56,454 nucleotides of DNA from Bacteroidota bacterium (GTDB lineage Bacteria > Bacteroidota > Bacteroidia > AKYH767-A > OLB10). The first letter of the stretch is position 1, and each line of letters opens with the position of its first letter. A model generated the notes under the pieces. That model saw nothing but the letters and a program-made list of their open reading frames with translations, was not told where the DNA came from and ran no database searches. The DNA is taken from the NCBI GenBank assembly GCA_046340555.1, contig JBKDSL010000168.1, positions 1 to 56,454 on the forward strand. The letters are read 5' to 3'. The translations under genes were made by a program, and so were the position numbers. Positions 22,402 to 30,203 of the stretch are shown piece after piece.

Positions 22402-23655
22402 ATGAAGCTCAAACGGGTAGTTGTTACAGGCCTCGGGGCATTGACTCCGTTAGGTAACTCCGTCTCCGCCTATTGGGAGGGTTTGAAGAGTGGCACCAGT
22501 GGTGCTGCCCTTATTACCCGTTTCGATTGCTTGAAGTTCAAAACCCGCTTCGCTTGTGAGGTGAGAAATTTCGATCCGGAGTCCATTTTGGAGAAAAAGG
22601 AGGCTAGGAAACTAGACCTTTTTTCCCAGTTCGGAATTGCCGCAGCAGTTGAAGCCATAGAGGATTCAGGTATCACCAAGCACCAAGGGTTCAATCCAGA
22701 CCGGGTCGGAGTCATTTGGGCTGCGGGCATCGGGGGGCTGCGTACATTTTGGGACGAAGCGGTCAGTTTCGCCAAAGGTGACGGCACGCCTAGATTCAAT
22801 CCGTTCTTCATCCCCAAGATGATCATCGATATTGCAGCAGGACACATTTCCATCCGATACGGTTTACGTGGACCTAATTACGCCACTGTATCCGCCTGCG
22901 CTTCTTCCACACATGCGCTTAATGATGCCTTCATGCTCATCCGATTAGGTAAGGCAGATGCCATTGTTACGGGTGGTTCAGAGGCTGCCATTAACGAGCC
23001 CGCTGTCGGTGGATTCAATGCGATGCATGCCTTGTCCGAACGAAATGACAGCCCTGAAACGGCTAGCCGACCTTTTGACCTGAATCGCGATGGTTTTGTG
23101 ATGGGTGAGGGTGGGGCCGCCATTGTTTTGGAGGAATATGAGCACGCTGTTGCACGCGGTGCAACCATATATGCAGAAATGCGTGGTGGTGGTATGTCTG
23201 CCGATGCGCATCATATTACCGCACCACATCCAGAAGGTTTTGGCGCTTTGAATGTGATGAAGAACGCGTTGTCGGATGCTGAGATGGATGCTTCCATGAT
23301 TGATTATATCAATGTGCATGGAACGTCAACTCCCTTAGGAGATATCAGTGAGGTTAAAGCAATTGAAGGTGTGTTCGGAGAACATGCTTACAAGCTCAAT
23401 ATAAGTTCTACCAAGTCGATGACCGGTCATTTGCTCGGTGCAGCAGGTGCGATTGAGGCGGTAGCTTCTATCTTGGCTGTGAAGCATGATATCGTTCCAC
23501 CTACGATAAACCATTTTACCGACGATCCGCAATTTGATAGCCGGTTGAATTTTACTTTCAACAAGGCACAGCACCGTACAGTGAACGCTGCGTTGAGCAA
23601 CACCTTTGGCTTTGGCGGGCACAATGCATCGGTAATTTTCGCCAAGCCATCCTGA
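22402..23655 (+). CDS. fabF: Beta-ketoacyl-ACP synthase II
   Basis: RVVVTGLG, SACASS, NVHGTST, KSMTGHLLGAAG and SNTFGFGGHN motifs. Confidence 0.98.
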   Translation: MKLKRVVVTGLGALTPLGNSVSAYWEGLKSGTSGAALITRFDCLKFKTRFACEVRNFDPESILEKKEARKLDLFSQFGIAAAVEAIEDSGITKHQGFNPDRVGVIWAAGIGGLRTFWDEAVSFAKGDGTPRFNPFFIPKMIIDIAAGHISIRYGLRGPNYATVSACASSTHALNDAFMLIRLGKADAIVTGGSEAAINEPAVGGFNAMHALSERNDSPETASRPFDLNRDGFVMGEGGAAIVLEEYEHAVARGATIYAEMRGGGMSADAHHITAPHPEGFGALNVMKNALSDAEMDASMIDYINVHGTSTPLGDISEVKAIEGVFGEHAYKLNISSTKSMTGHLLGAAGAIEAVASILAVKHDIVPPTINHFTDDPQFDSRLNFTFNKAQHRTVNAALSNTFGFGGHNASVIFAKPS

Positions 23656-23714
23656 TCCTTGCGGTTGGTTCCGTTCAGTGATTTGTAATTCAATCACCCA
23701 TTCTTCCGTTTTTC

Positions 23715-24437
23715 ATGAATCTAGATTTGTTGTTTATATGGCGAATATGGTTCGGCCCTGACAGGAAGCTCTACGGCACTTTGAAAAATCTCTTGGGATT
23801 TTATCCAAGGAATATTGCCGTCTATAAGTTGGCGTTTTCCCATCGCTCTGCTGTTTCAGAGAACCAATCTGGCCAACAGATGTCGAATGAACGATTGGAA
23901 TACTTGGGAGATGCGGTTTTAGGTGCCATCATTGCAGAGTTGCTTTTTCGACGGTTTCCTTACCGGGATGAAGGTTTTTTGACAGAGATGCGCTCGCGTA
24001 TTGTAAGTCGGGAGAACCTGAAAAACGTGGCTATGAAAATAGGTTTGAACCAATACTTGGTAAACAGCTCTGGACCTGGTATGCATAAATCAATGTATGG
24101 GGATGCATTTGAAGCCCTTGTTGGAGCGATATTCATAGACCGGGGTTTCGGTGATGCAAAGGAATTCATTGCGGGTCGCATTGTAAACGTACATCTCGAT
24201 TTGGATCAGATTGAAAAGTCGGATACCAATTTCAAAAGCCGCATCATCAATTGGGCGCAGCGCGAGAAGCGTAAAATTGTTTTCGAGATGATTCAAGATG
24301 CATCAGCAGACAAGCTGATCCGTGTTCAATTGGTTTTGGATGACGAGGTGCTGACTGTTGCCGAAGATTTTTCAAGGAAAAAGGCTGAGCAAATAGCGGC
24401 ATCCAAGGCAATAGAACAATTGGGAATCGAAGACTGA
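23715..24437 (+). CDS. rnc: Ribonuclease III
   Basis: NERLEYLGDAVL and DAFEALVGAI motifs plus C-terminal dsRBD (KKAEQ); acpP-fabF-rnc order. Confidence 0.96.
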   Translation: MNLDLLFIWRIWFGPDRKLYGTLKNLLGFYPRNIAVYKLAFSHRSAVSENQSGQQMSNERLEYLGDAVLGAIIAELLFRRFPYRDEGFLTEMRSRIVSRENLKNVAMKIGLNQYLVNSSGPGMHKSMYGDAFEALVGAIFIDRGFGDAKEFIAGRIVNVHLDLDQIEKSDTNFKSRIINWAQREKRKIVFEMIQDASADKLIRVQLVLDDEVLTVAEDFSRKKAEQIAASKAIEQLGIED

Positions 24438-24485
24438 TTTTTGAATTGTCGAGCTACATCCTGAGCTAATAAAATGGTGACCCTA

Positions 24486-24656
24486 ATAGCGGTAGGCAGT
24501 GGCGGTAGGCGGTTTAAAAGTCGAGTGTTTAGTGGTTTTCCCCAATGACTAATCCCCAATGACCAATATAGCGGTAGGCGGTGGCGGTAAGCGGTTTAAA
24601 ATTCGAGTATTTAGTGGTTTTCACCAATGCCTAATTCCTCAATGCCTAATGACCAA
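24486..24656. repeat. Two ~82-bp direct repeats built from short G-rich (GCGGTAG) and AATGACC-like subunits
   Basis: ATAGCGGTAGGC recurs at 24486 and 24568, with near-identical downstream sequence. Confidence 0.85.
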
Positions 24657-24706
24657 CTCCGCCCTGAGCCTGCTCCGCCCTGAGTTTATCGAAAGGTCGA
24701 AGGGTG
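24657..24706. repeat. REP-like element CCCTGAGCCTG..TCGAAGGG with a second copy nested inside it
   Basis: CTCCGCCCTGAG occurs at 24657 and 24673; removing 24673-24696 restores CTCCGCCCTGAGCCTGTCGAAGGGT. Confidence 0.6.
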
Positions 24707-24732
24707 ACCAAAGACTATTCATCATTCGCTTT

Positions 24733-26118
24733 CTATTTTATCCAATTCAGGTCGGCGATCTGTTTGGTGTTTTCGATTTCGTTTTTGAGGGCTTTGGTTT
24801 TTTCAGGATTTCCTTTCGCAATCATCAGTTTTCCTGTGAATCTTATCAGGTTCCGATAAATGGTGCGTTGGTAGTCTGAAACCACTTTGTTTCTGCTTAG
24901 GAATAACCGGAACGCGGACAAGTGATAGTTCAATGCATCAGTATCCTGCATCTCGTAATAACATTTCAGTATTACCGAACGTATATCAAGTTGGTAATAC
25001 AAGTCCGTGAATTCCACGTTCTGTAGCAAGCGCAGTGCCTGATGATAGTTGCCATTGCTGAATGCTAAATAAGCCGAATTATATGTCAGCGCGTTTTGCT
25101 GTTCGACCGCAGCCAGATCCTGAATGCGTTCGTTTATACACGACTCGACCCATTTGTTCTCACCTGCCCTGATGCCTACCACTACGATGTTTTTGAAATC
25201 CCATTGGGAAAGAAATCTTCCGTTGTAGATGGCTTTGTTCTCAAGCACAATTTTATAAATTTCAAACAAACGGTTCAGGAATTGTGCTTCCCCTAGGTTG
25301 ATTTTCTTGATGCAAAAATTCATCAAGTATTTATACATGTCGCGTAACTCCTCACGCTCGAAATACCCTTCGTAAGTAACCAAGAGTTCTTGAAGGCTCT
25401 CGAAATGACTTATTTCATTTGGTTGCGTGAGTGTCTTCAGGATATTGGAATAAATGGCAATGGAGGGGTTTCCTTGAAAAGCGCCATCTGATGCCATGGA
25501 TCCTATTAATTCCTGAAAAAGGAATTGGAATTCGCCGCTACGAACATTTTGCGAATTGATGAGTTCGCATAGCATTTTCAATTTGGTTGCTACGTAGAAG
25601 GTGTCAAGCTGCTTGGCCGTTGCAAGCAATGCCTCTGGATCGGTCCTGTTTTGTCGCGATAAATATTGGTTCAAATGCACGAACGATTCGCGGAAGGAGT
25701 CCAGCTCTTTTCCATGTTCGTATTCTTTTGCTAATGGATCGCCTAGGGACTCATATGGTTTATCGGCGCCGCGGGCGGCCAATGAGGTCCTCACTAAGGG
25801 CATGATTTCGGAGTCCTTTCCTGACAGTTCCCAATGCCCTAAAAACCGGATGGATTGTTTGTATAAGTCGCTGATAGAATAACGCAAGTTTTGTTCTTGG
25901 AAGGTGGTGCCCGGAAACAATGTTTCATGCAACCACCTTTTGTTAAGCTTTTCGTCCTTAAATTGTGGATAAAACGAGGTTATAGCTCCCAACAATTCCA
26001 AGGACTTACCGGATGGCCCACCTAATCCGGATGTAATGAAACCCTTTAGCCTTTTTAATTCCAATTTTGACAAATGCCGAAGGAGGCTGAAGAGTTTGTT
26101 GTCTTGGAATTCCATCAT
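24733..26118 (-). CDS. Uncharacterised alpha-helical/TPR-like protein with putative N-terminal winged-helix DNA-binding domain
   Basis: 461-aa ORF without signal peptide; LHETLFPG..EQNLRYSISDLYK resembles an OmpR/SARP recognition helix; AYLAFSNGNYHQAL is TPR-like. Confidence 0.6.
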   Translation of the reverse strand: MMEFQDNKLFSLLRHLSKLELKRLKGFITSGLGGPSGKSLELLGAITSFYPQFKDEKLNKRWLHETLFPGTTFQEQNLRYSISDLYKQSIRFLGHWELSGKDSEIMPLVRTSLAARGADKPYESLGDPLAKEYEHGKELDSFRESFVHLNQYLSRQNRTDPEALLATAKQLDTFYVATKLKMLCELINSQNVRSGEFQFLFQELIGSMASDGAFQGNPSIAIYSNILKTLTQPNEISHFESLQELLVTYEGYFEREELRDMYKYLMNFCIKKINLGEAQFLNRLFEIYKIVLENKAIYNGRFLSQWDFKNIVVVGIRAGENKWVESCINERIQDLAAVEQQNALTYNSAYLAFSNGNYHQALRLLQNVEFTDLYYQLDIRSVILKCYYEMQDTDALNYHLSAFRLFLSRNKVVSDYQRTIYRNLIRFTGKLMIAKGNPEKTKALKNEIENTKQIADLNWIK

Positions 26119-26296
26119 TATGATTTATGCATTTCAAATATAAACAAAAAGAACTGAATATCAGATGTTATGAGTAAAAAATATGATAAGTTACATTCGA
26201 TTATTGCGTAATTTTGAACTTTGATTGAGACATCTGTCATACTACATTTGTAAATCACTAAATCCGCTTATTTACCCACTAACCCAGAAGGATTTC

Positions 26297-28432
26297 ATGA
26301 ACACTATCAAAAAGTCACTACTCATCTGCTTGGGTTTCTTGGCTATGCCACTGATATCCAGCGCTTCACATTTGGCTGGAGGTGAAATAACCTACCAATG
26401 GCTGCAAGGAAACACCTATAGTTTTACGCTCAACTTGTACCGTGATTGCCAAGGCATTGCGGCTCCGTCTTCAGCTACCTTGAACTTTCAGGGTTGCGGG
26501 GTTTCTGGTTCCATCAACTTGACACAGTCTGGCAGTCCAGTTTTAGTAACGCCATTGTGTCCATCTGCCATTTCCCAATCTAGTTGCAATTCCGGCTCCT
26601 TATTCAGCGTTCAACGTATCACCTACACGGGTGTGCACACACTGCCATTTGCTTGTAGCTCTTGGGTGTTTTCTTATGATGATTGCTGCCGGTCCTCCAA
26701 CAGTAATTTGTCGTCGACCGGGATCGGAATCTATTACAAAGCCGTATTGAACAATCTTACGTTTCCGTTCAATAATTCTGTTCAATTCGCTTCTTTAGCT
26801 ACCAACGTGATACCTGTTAACGCCACCTCGCAGTTGGGGTGGAATGCGTATGATTTGGATGGTGACTCATTGGTGTTTGAGCTTTCTCCTGCATTACAGG
26901 GTCCAAGCCAGCAAGTAACATATCAAGCTCCTTATTCTTTCAACCAACCTATTGCCGCATCGTTGCCAACTGTATTGGATTCGCAAACAGGTAACCTTGA
27001 ATTAACCCCAAGTGCTTTCCAAAATGCTGTGGTTTGCATGAAGGTTACCGAATACCGAAATTCGACGATCGTCGGCATCACGTATCGTGATATGCAAATC
27101 ACGGTGGTGTCAGGCGGAAACACCTTGCCATCACTCTCTGGAATCAATGGCACTACAAACTACAATGCTTTTGTGTGCGTAGGTGATACACTCAGCTTCA
27201 ATCTTACCGCATCCGATCCCGATTCTGGTCAGGTGCCCGTCATCAGCGCGGATATGCTTGGCACCGGCGCTTCTTTCACAAGTGGTGGTAATCCATCTGT
27301 TGGAACATTTACCTGGGTGCCTGACTCATCAGATATTTCTGCGCAATCGTATGTGTTTCCTTTCACTGTCGTGGATGGCAATTGCAATTACATGGGACTT
27401 CAATCATATGCAATAACTGTTTATGTAAGCGCTTGTAACTCCAATAATGTATGGCCTGGCGATGTGAATTACGATGGCGTTGCCAATGCTTATGATGTTC
27501 TTTCGTTGGGATTGGCCTATGGTGATACAGGATCCGTTCGACCCAATGCCTCAATTCAATATACAGGACAACCATCAGCTGATTGGAGCAATTTGTTCCC
27601 CAGTGGCATCAATCACAAACATGCCGACACGGATGGAAATGGCTTGGTGGATTGGAGCGACACGTTGGCGATCAGTTTGAATTACGGCATTACCCATCCA
27701 TTAAGAACACCTATGCAATTGATGGTTCCTTCAGCCGATTTGACTGTTACCGCAAGTGCCGATACGATTGGCACTTCTATGCCTGTCGATTTGTTTGTTT
27801 CCATATCCTCACCTATCGATTCCATCAGCGGTTTGGCCTTCCGGATACAACTCGACACCGCATTGGTTAAGATCAATCAAACCACGATAGACTATGTAGG
27901 TACCGTTTTTGGAACTCCTGGCTTTGATTTAATCAAGATCGATCGTGTAATTGCTAATAACGGCACTATCGAGGTAGGGCTTTCGAGAAATGATCACACA
28001 AACATCAGCGGTACGGGTCAGGTGGTTCGTATCGGAATCGTTACCACGGATAACGTATCAGGTAAAGTAACCTTGTATGCTGACCCGATTGACATCGACG
28101 GCGTAACGGCTGCGGGTGTTCAAGAAGTGTTGAGTCCAGTTGGCGCCACTGTGACGATAGATCCTGCATATACTGGGGTAATCAGCATCGAAAACCAAGC
28201 CAGCATGAGTGTGGCTCCTGTACCATCTAAGGGATTTTTAGCCGTTACGTTGAATGACGTTTCAGGTGTGAAGCCGTTTGAAATCTTGGACTTGCAGGGC
28301 CGAGTGGTCATGCAGGGTGAGATGCACAAGGGGCGCAATGTTTTGGATATTTCCAACTTCCAACATGGTTTCTACCATCTGAAAGTTAATACGGATAATG
28401 GAATTTTGATCAGTAAGATCATGAAGATTTAG
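26297..28432 (+). CDS. T9SS-secreted protein with adhesin-like N-terminus plus dockerin-like and cohesin-like modules
   Basis: Signal peptide then SHLAGGEITY...YRDC; VWPGDVNYDG and ADTDGNGLVD Ca-loop pair; following beta-sandwich; PVPS...GFYHLKV..KIMKI sorting domain; ATG 26297 preferred as start. Confidence 0.8.
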   Translation: MNTIKKSLLICLGFLAMPLISSASHLAGGEITYQWLQGNTYSFTLNLYRDCQGIAAPSSATLNFQGCGVSGSINLTQSGSPVLVTPLCPSAISQSSCNSGSLFSVQRITYTGVHTLPFACSSWVFSYDDCCRSSNSNLSSTGIGIYYKAVLNNLTFPFNNSVQFASLATNVIPVNATSQLGWNAYDLDGDSLVFELSPALQGPSQQVTYQAPYSFNQPIAASLPTVLDSQTGNLELTPSAFQNAVVCMKVTEYRNSTIVGITYRDMQITVVSGGNTLPSLSGINGTTNYNAFVCVGDTLSFNLTASDPDSGQVPVISADMLGTGASFTSGGNPSVGTFTWVPDSSDISAQSYVFPFTVVDGNCNYMGLQSYAITVYVSACNSNNVWPGDVNYDGVANAYDVLSLGLAYGDTGSVRPNASIQYTGQPSADWSNLFPSGINHKHADTDGNGLVDWSDTLAISLNYGITHPLRTPMQLMVPSADLTVTASADTIGTSMPVDLFVSISSPIDSISGLAFRIQLDTALVKINQTTIDYVGTVFGTPGFDLIKIDRVIANNGTIEVGLSRNDHTNISGTGQVVRIGIVTTDNVSGKVTLYADPIDIDGVTAAGVQEVLSPVGATVTIDPAYTGVISIENQASMSVAPVPSKGFLAVTLNDVSGVKPFEILDLQGRVVMQGEMHKGRNVLDISNFQHGFYHLKVNTDNGILISKIMKI

Positions 28433-28454
28433 ACTTGTGGTTAGGTCTTTTTCG

Positions 28455-28495
28455 GAAACGGCGGGGTGCTTATCATACCCGCCGTTTCGCATTTT
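28455..28495 (+). terminator. Stem-loop terminator after the T9SS gene
   Basis: GAAACGGCGGG...CCCGCCGTTTC 11-bp inverted repeat. Confidence 0.65.
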
Positions 28496-28535
28496 AGAAT
28501 GTCTGTGTTCCCAATGTTGTAACTTGGTAACCTAA

Positions 28536-28832
28536 ATGAAAGGCAACCAACCCGAACTCCGATTTGTTTCCAACTTTCCGAAGGAGGACACCTTGCAGTT
28601 GTTGCTTGATGCCCATACTTTGTATTTGGAACTTCGGGAAGAGAAACAGCGAAATCTACATGTTTCGTTGGAGGAGGCCGCTACGCTATTGGATTTCCCA
28701 GTTAGAAAGGTGCAGCAACTGATACAAGAAGGACACTTGAAGCAGTCCAAAGACGGATCGGTTTCCAGGTATCATGTGGTTCGGGTTCTTTTTGAACTTA
28801 AGCAAGCCGAATTATTTAATTCGATAGGTTAA
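28536..28832 (+). CDS. Small protein with excisionase/MerR-like helix-turn-helix
   Basis: VSLEEAATLLDFPVRKVQQLIQEGHL matches the HTH_17-like pattern. Confidence 0.6.
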   Translation: MKGNQPELRFVSNFPKEDTLQLLLDAHTLYLELREEKQRNLHVSLEEAATLLDFPVRKVQQLIQEGHLKQSKDGSVSRYHVVRVLFELKQAELFNSIG

Positions 28833-28937
28833 ATAATTGACATGTAATACTTTGTGAATCAGCCGGTTTTTTCGAATAACCGTACTGCCAATCATAAACC
28901 AAGATAAATAGGGCTCGGATTTTTAGAGTATTTGTAT

Positions 28938-28945
28938 TACTTTTG
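28938..28945 (+). promoter_or_regulatory. -7 promoter element TACTTTTG of tRNA-Gln
   Basis: Exact TAnnTTTG match 28 nt upstream of the tRNA. Confidence 0.7.
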
Positions 28946-28973
28946 CAGTCCCGTGGAGAAATCCAACGGTGAT

Positions 28974-29044
28974 TGTCCGATGGTGTAATGGTAACACTGC
29001 AGATTTTGGTTCTGCCTTTCCAGGTTCGAATCCTGGTCGGACAA
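28974..29044 (+). tRNA. tRNA-Gln(TTG), CCA not encoded
   Basis: Acceptor stem TGTCCGA/TCGGACA; anticodon stem GCAGA/TCTGC with loop TTTTGGT (TTG at 29006-29008); T-arm CCAGG-TTCGAAT-CCTGG. Confidence 0.97.
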
Positions 29045-29048
29045 CTAC

Positions 29049-29076
29049 AAGCCTCACAATTTAGTGAGGCTTTTTT
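29049..29076 (+). terminator. Intrinsic terminator of tRNA-Gln
   Basis: AAGCCTCAC...GTGAGGCTT stem followed by a T tract. Confidence 0.85.
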
Positions 29077-29093
29077 ATTTTTTTCGGCTACAT

Positions 29094-29121
29094 CACCTCT
29101 TCCTCGCCTGTGGCGAGGGCG
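29094..29121. repeat. REP-like palindrome upstream of the tyrosine transposase
   Basis: CCTCGCC-TGT-GGCGAGG hairpin; inverted relative to the copy at 29707-29736. Confidence 0.75.
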
Positions 29122-29201
29122 ATTTGGAATAGGATAATTCAGAATCCACTATTTTTACACCAACAAAAATTTTCATTTTAACCTTTAATCCTGTTTTTCA
29201 A

Positions 29202-29642
29202 ATGTCAGGAGACCGCTATTTTATCAGGGACCAGAATGCCATGTACTTTGTGACATTTACAGTAATCGAATGGTTGGACATATTCAGCAGATCAAATCAT
29301 AAGTTCGTTATAGTAGATTCATTAAACTACTGCGTCGAGAATAAAGGACTGAATGTTCATGCATGGTGTCTTATGACCAATCATATTCATACTGATTTCC
29401 TTGCGAAGTTTATTGCGGCAAGGAAAAAAGACAAACGGATTACAAAGTATAAATTCTGGCAAGCTTCCAATCACGCAATTGAGCTGCAGCCATTTCGTCC
29501 GGATATTATGGATCAAAAACTGAATTACATACATTACAACCCTGTGGTGGCGGGTATTGTGTTGAATCCCGAGGAGTACTTATGTAGCTCTGCCAGGGAC
29601 TATGCTAAGATCTCAGGGTTGGTTAAAATTCAAATGTTATAG
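29202..29642 (+). mobile_element. REP-associated tyrosine transposase (RAYT/Y1 HUH family), apparently with an in-frame internal deletion
   Basis: YFVTFTV..W.DIF, MTNHIH (HUH), FWQ..NH and NYIHYNPV..G motifs; only 146 aa, with the usual RDFK-containing segment after HUH absent. Confidence 0.85.
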
Positions 29643-29706
29643 TTTCAACTTATGAAGACCGATAGTTGTCGGCTGCGGGTGGGGTAATGTAATGTAATAC
29701 GTATTT

Positions 29707-29800
29707 CATCCTTGCCACAGGCGAGGACGAAGGGTGAATTATATGCTCGCCAAAGGCGAAGACGAATGGTGGCGAATTGCATCCTCGCCAAAGGAGAGTG
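29707..29800. repeat. Cluster of three progressively degenerate REP-like palindromes
   Basis: CCTTGCCACAGGCGAGGACGAAGGGTG (29710), CTCGCCAAAGGCGAAGACGAATGGTG (29746), CCTCGCCAAAGGAGAG (29783). Confidence 0.75.
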
Positions 29801-29880
29801 CTAATTTGGGTAGATTTTTTAGTTATCAAGGTTAACCAAATTGACTTTTATCCGTTTTCTTGTTCAAAACACAATAAAAC

Positions 29881-30150
29881 ATGAAATGTCCTAACTGCGA
29901 AGTGCCGCTTGTGATGACTGAACGCAGCGGCGTTGAAATCGATTATTGCCCTCAGTGTCGTGGAGTTTGGTTAGATCGTGGTGAGCTCGATAAGATCATC
30001 GATCGGTCTGCTCAATCAGTCAGCGAAAACACACCCGCACCTCCACCTCAGCCTCAAATGCCTCCCACTCAGTACCCTAGCCACGACCCATATAAGCATG
30101 GCTACAAAAAGAAAAAGAAGAATTTCCTTGACGATATTTTTGATTTCTGA
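29881..30150 (+). CDS. zf-TFIIB zinc-ribbon domain protein
   Basis: MKCPNC...EIDYCPQCRGVWLDRGELDKI with a KKKK..DIFDF tail. Confidence 0.92.
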   Translation: MKCPNCEVPLVMTERSGVEIDYCPQCRGVWLDRGELDKIIDRSAQSVSENTPAPPPQPQMPPTQYPSHDPYKHGYKKKKKNFLDDIFDF

Positions 30151-30203
30151 TTTTGCCTAGCTATTTGGTTGAGTTGGCTTAAAAAGACCAAATTCGCGCT
30201 CAA

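Noticed and set aside
24486-24706. Possible mini-CRISPR array
   Set aside because: Only two long units, no unique spacers between identical repeats, and no cas genes in the window
24326-24879. ORFs 24326-24559 (minus) and 24559-24879 (plus)
   Set aside because: They translate non-coding repeats and overlap rnc or the 461-aa gene in antisense; no recognisable motifs
28536-29800. Prophage or integrative element at tRNA-Gln
   Set aside because: No integrase, no phage genes and no duplicated tRNA 3' end noticed
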